This document shows, one piece after another, positions 62,770-64,000 of a stretch of DNA of 64,000 nt. The DNA is taken from positions 82,770,001 to 82,834,000 of the forward strand of contig OZ320316.1 in the NCBI GenBank assembly GCA_976226885.1, in the 5' to 3' direction. Within the stretch, counting starts at the first letter, position 1. Each line of letters opens with the position of its first letter. The notes under the pieces are model-generated. The model saw nothing but the letters and a program-made list of their open reading frames with translations, made no database searches and was not told where the DNA came from. The translations under genes and the position numbers were made by a program. This stretch comes from Iphione sp. A-MEVVRFRX5 (Eukaryota).

Positions 62770-63420
62770 GCCGGCCAATATCGCTGTGGCTCTATTGCCA
62801 CGTGGCACCGCGGGGGGTCGACCGGCGCCTACTCATTGGGCAGGTCTTGTTTACGAAGGTTCTGTCGGCTGGCGCCATATGCCACGTGCTTCTAGTTTCC
62901 CTCCTCACCCAAAAATGTAAACAGAGAACCAAATTAGCTCACAATGGGGAAACTCATAATCTTCAAATGCCAGGATGGTGTAACACATCTTCTGTCGATC
63001 TTTTTTTGTTTTTGACCAAACAAGGGATCGGTGGTTACGTTCTGTACTCGAACGTCCGAGTCCGAAGGCATTGCACCGAAAACAGGGCATTCGACAACTA
63101 ATCACAAATACCCTGCGTGTTATTAGACCCCGCTCTCTCCGCCCCGATGATACGGTCCCGTGGGCGGGGCTAACTCGGCCCAGCACCGGCCAGGCAGGCT
63201 AAGGTCTCGTCACTGCCCAGCGCCTGCTCTCAGCAGCTCCGGCTCGCGAAATTCGCCGTTCAATCGACTTCCCGCCGATTCACGAGAGCGGGCTCGCCAA
63301 GTCAGGTCACGTGACCTAAACCAGACAATTAGGTGCTCGACACGACGTCAGTGCGCGTCCCAATAAGCACGTGAGCGCCACCACTCTGGTATCGCGCGAG
63401 TGGCGCCCCACTTCCGTCCC
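62770..63420. promoter_or_regulatory. CpG-rich promoter-like region with clustered E-boxes
   Basis: Four CACGTG sites: TGCCACGTGGCA 62796-807, GCCACGTG 62881-888, AGGTCACGTGACCT 63304-317, and 63368-373. Also CCAAT 62775, GC-box TGGGCGGGGC 63161-170, GACGTCA 63344-350 and ETS-like CACTTCCG 63409-416. No linked gene was identified. Confidence 0.4.
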
Positions 63421-64000
63421 GCCTGGTCATCTTGGAGCCCGCGAACGGTGCGAGCCATCGAACGACTATTCGCTGACCGTTTAACATTTGCCAATGCCAA
63501 CTTCAATATTATTGGCTTCCGATGACTTCCCACCGAAACCAAGAGGTAGTTCTAGGAATGGGTGGCGACTTCGGCCGTGACTGCCGACCACAGATAAGCG
63601 AATATTGCATGCAGACAAGAGATAAGCGAATCTCTGTTATATATATGGATATATTATATACATTTTCTTCTGATAGTGGTTGATATTGCATTGTCAGCAT
63701 GGAAAACAGCACATCATTAAAATCGTCCCTCGTGTTGGAGGTTGCAATCTAAATAATTTTAAAAGGGGAACCTATAATTTTGGTATTTGGCTATGGCTCC
63801 GCTCACGGTTTCTAGTACATTGTGTATAAGGTCATGACAGAAAGGTTAACAGTAGAACGTGAATATTTTAAAGAGTAATGCATTAAACAAAGTATTGCGT
63901 GACTTATGAATACCAATTGCTCGATGCCACGATAAAAAGCCTTTTTCAGAGATGACATTAAGCCTGATAAAAGCAAATAATTTATACTGTTGCTCATGGG

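Noticed and set aside
237-63997. The remaining short ORFs (60-165 aa) in the ORF track
   Set aside because: They show no recognisable domains, overlap in several frames, and have lengths typical of random ORFs; several are antisense shadows of the LINE ORF or of repeats.

Overview
This looks like eukaryotic, probably animal (marine-invertebrate-like), genomic DNA dominated by transposable-element material. No host gene model can be supported. The only intact long ORF is 27919-30759 (+, 946 aa), an APE-endonuclease plus reverse-transcriptase protein of a CR1/L2-group non-LTR retrotransposon. It is followed by a 3' UTR with a stem-loop, AATAAA and an A22 tail; no ORF1 or target-site duplication is visible. 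The left third is visibly CpG-poor over about 4.8-10.9 kb and 16.5-18.9 kb. It holds three TA-flanked CAGT...ACTG MITEs (one carrying a 70-bp tandem array), a probable solo LTR, and several minisatellites (a hidden 31-bp-period repeat, 51-bp and 82-bp units). Scattered through the window are short, heavily degraded fragments resembling non-LTR RT motifs, a HERO-type REL endonuclease and a DIRS-type RT, plus CpG-rich promoter-like patches. Protein-family assignments are by-eye motif recognition, not database searches. I found no convincing novel multi-gene system; the findings below are modest leads.
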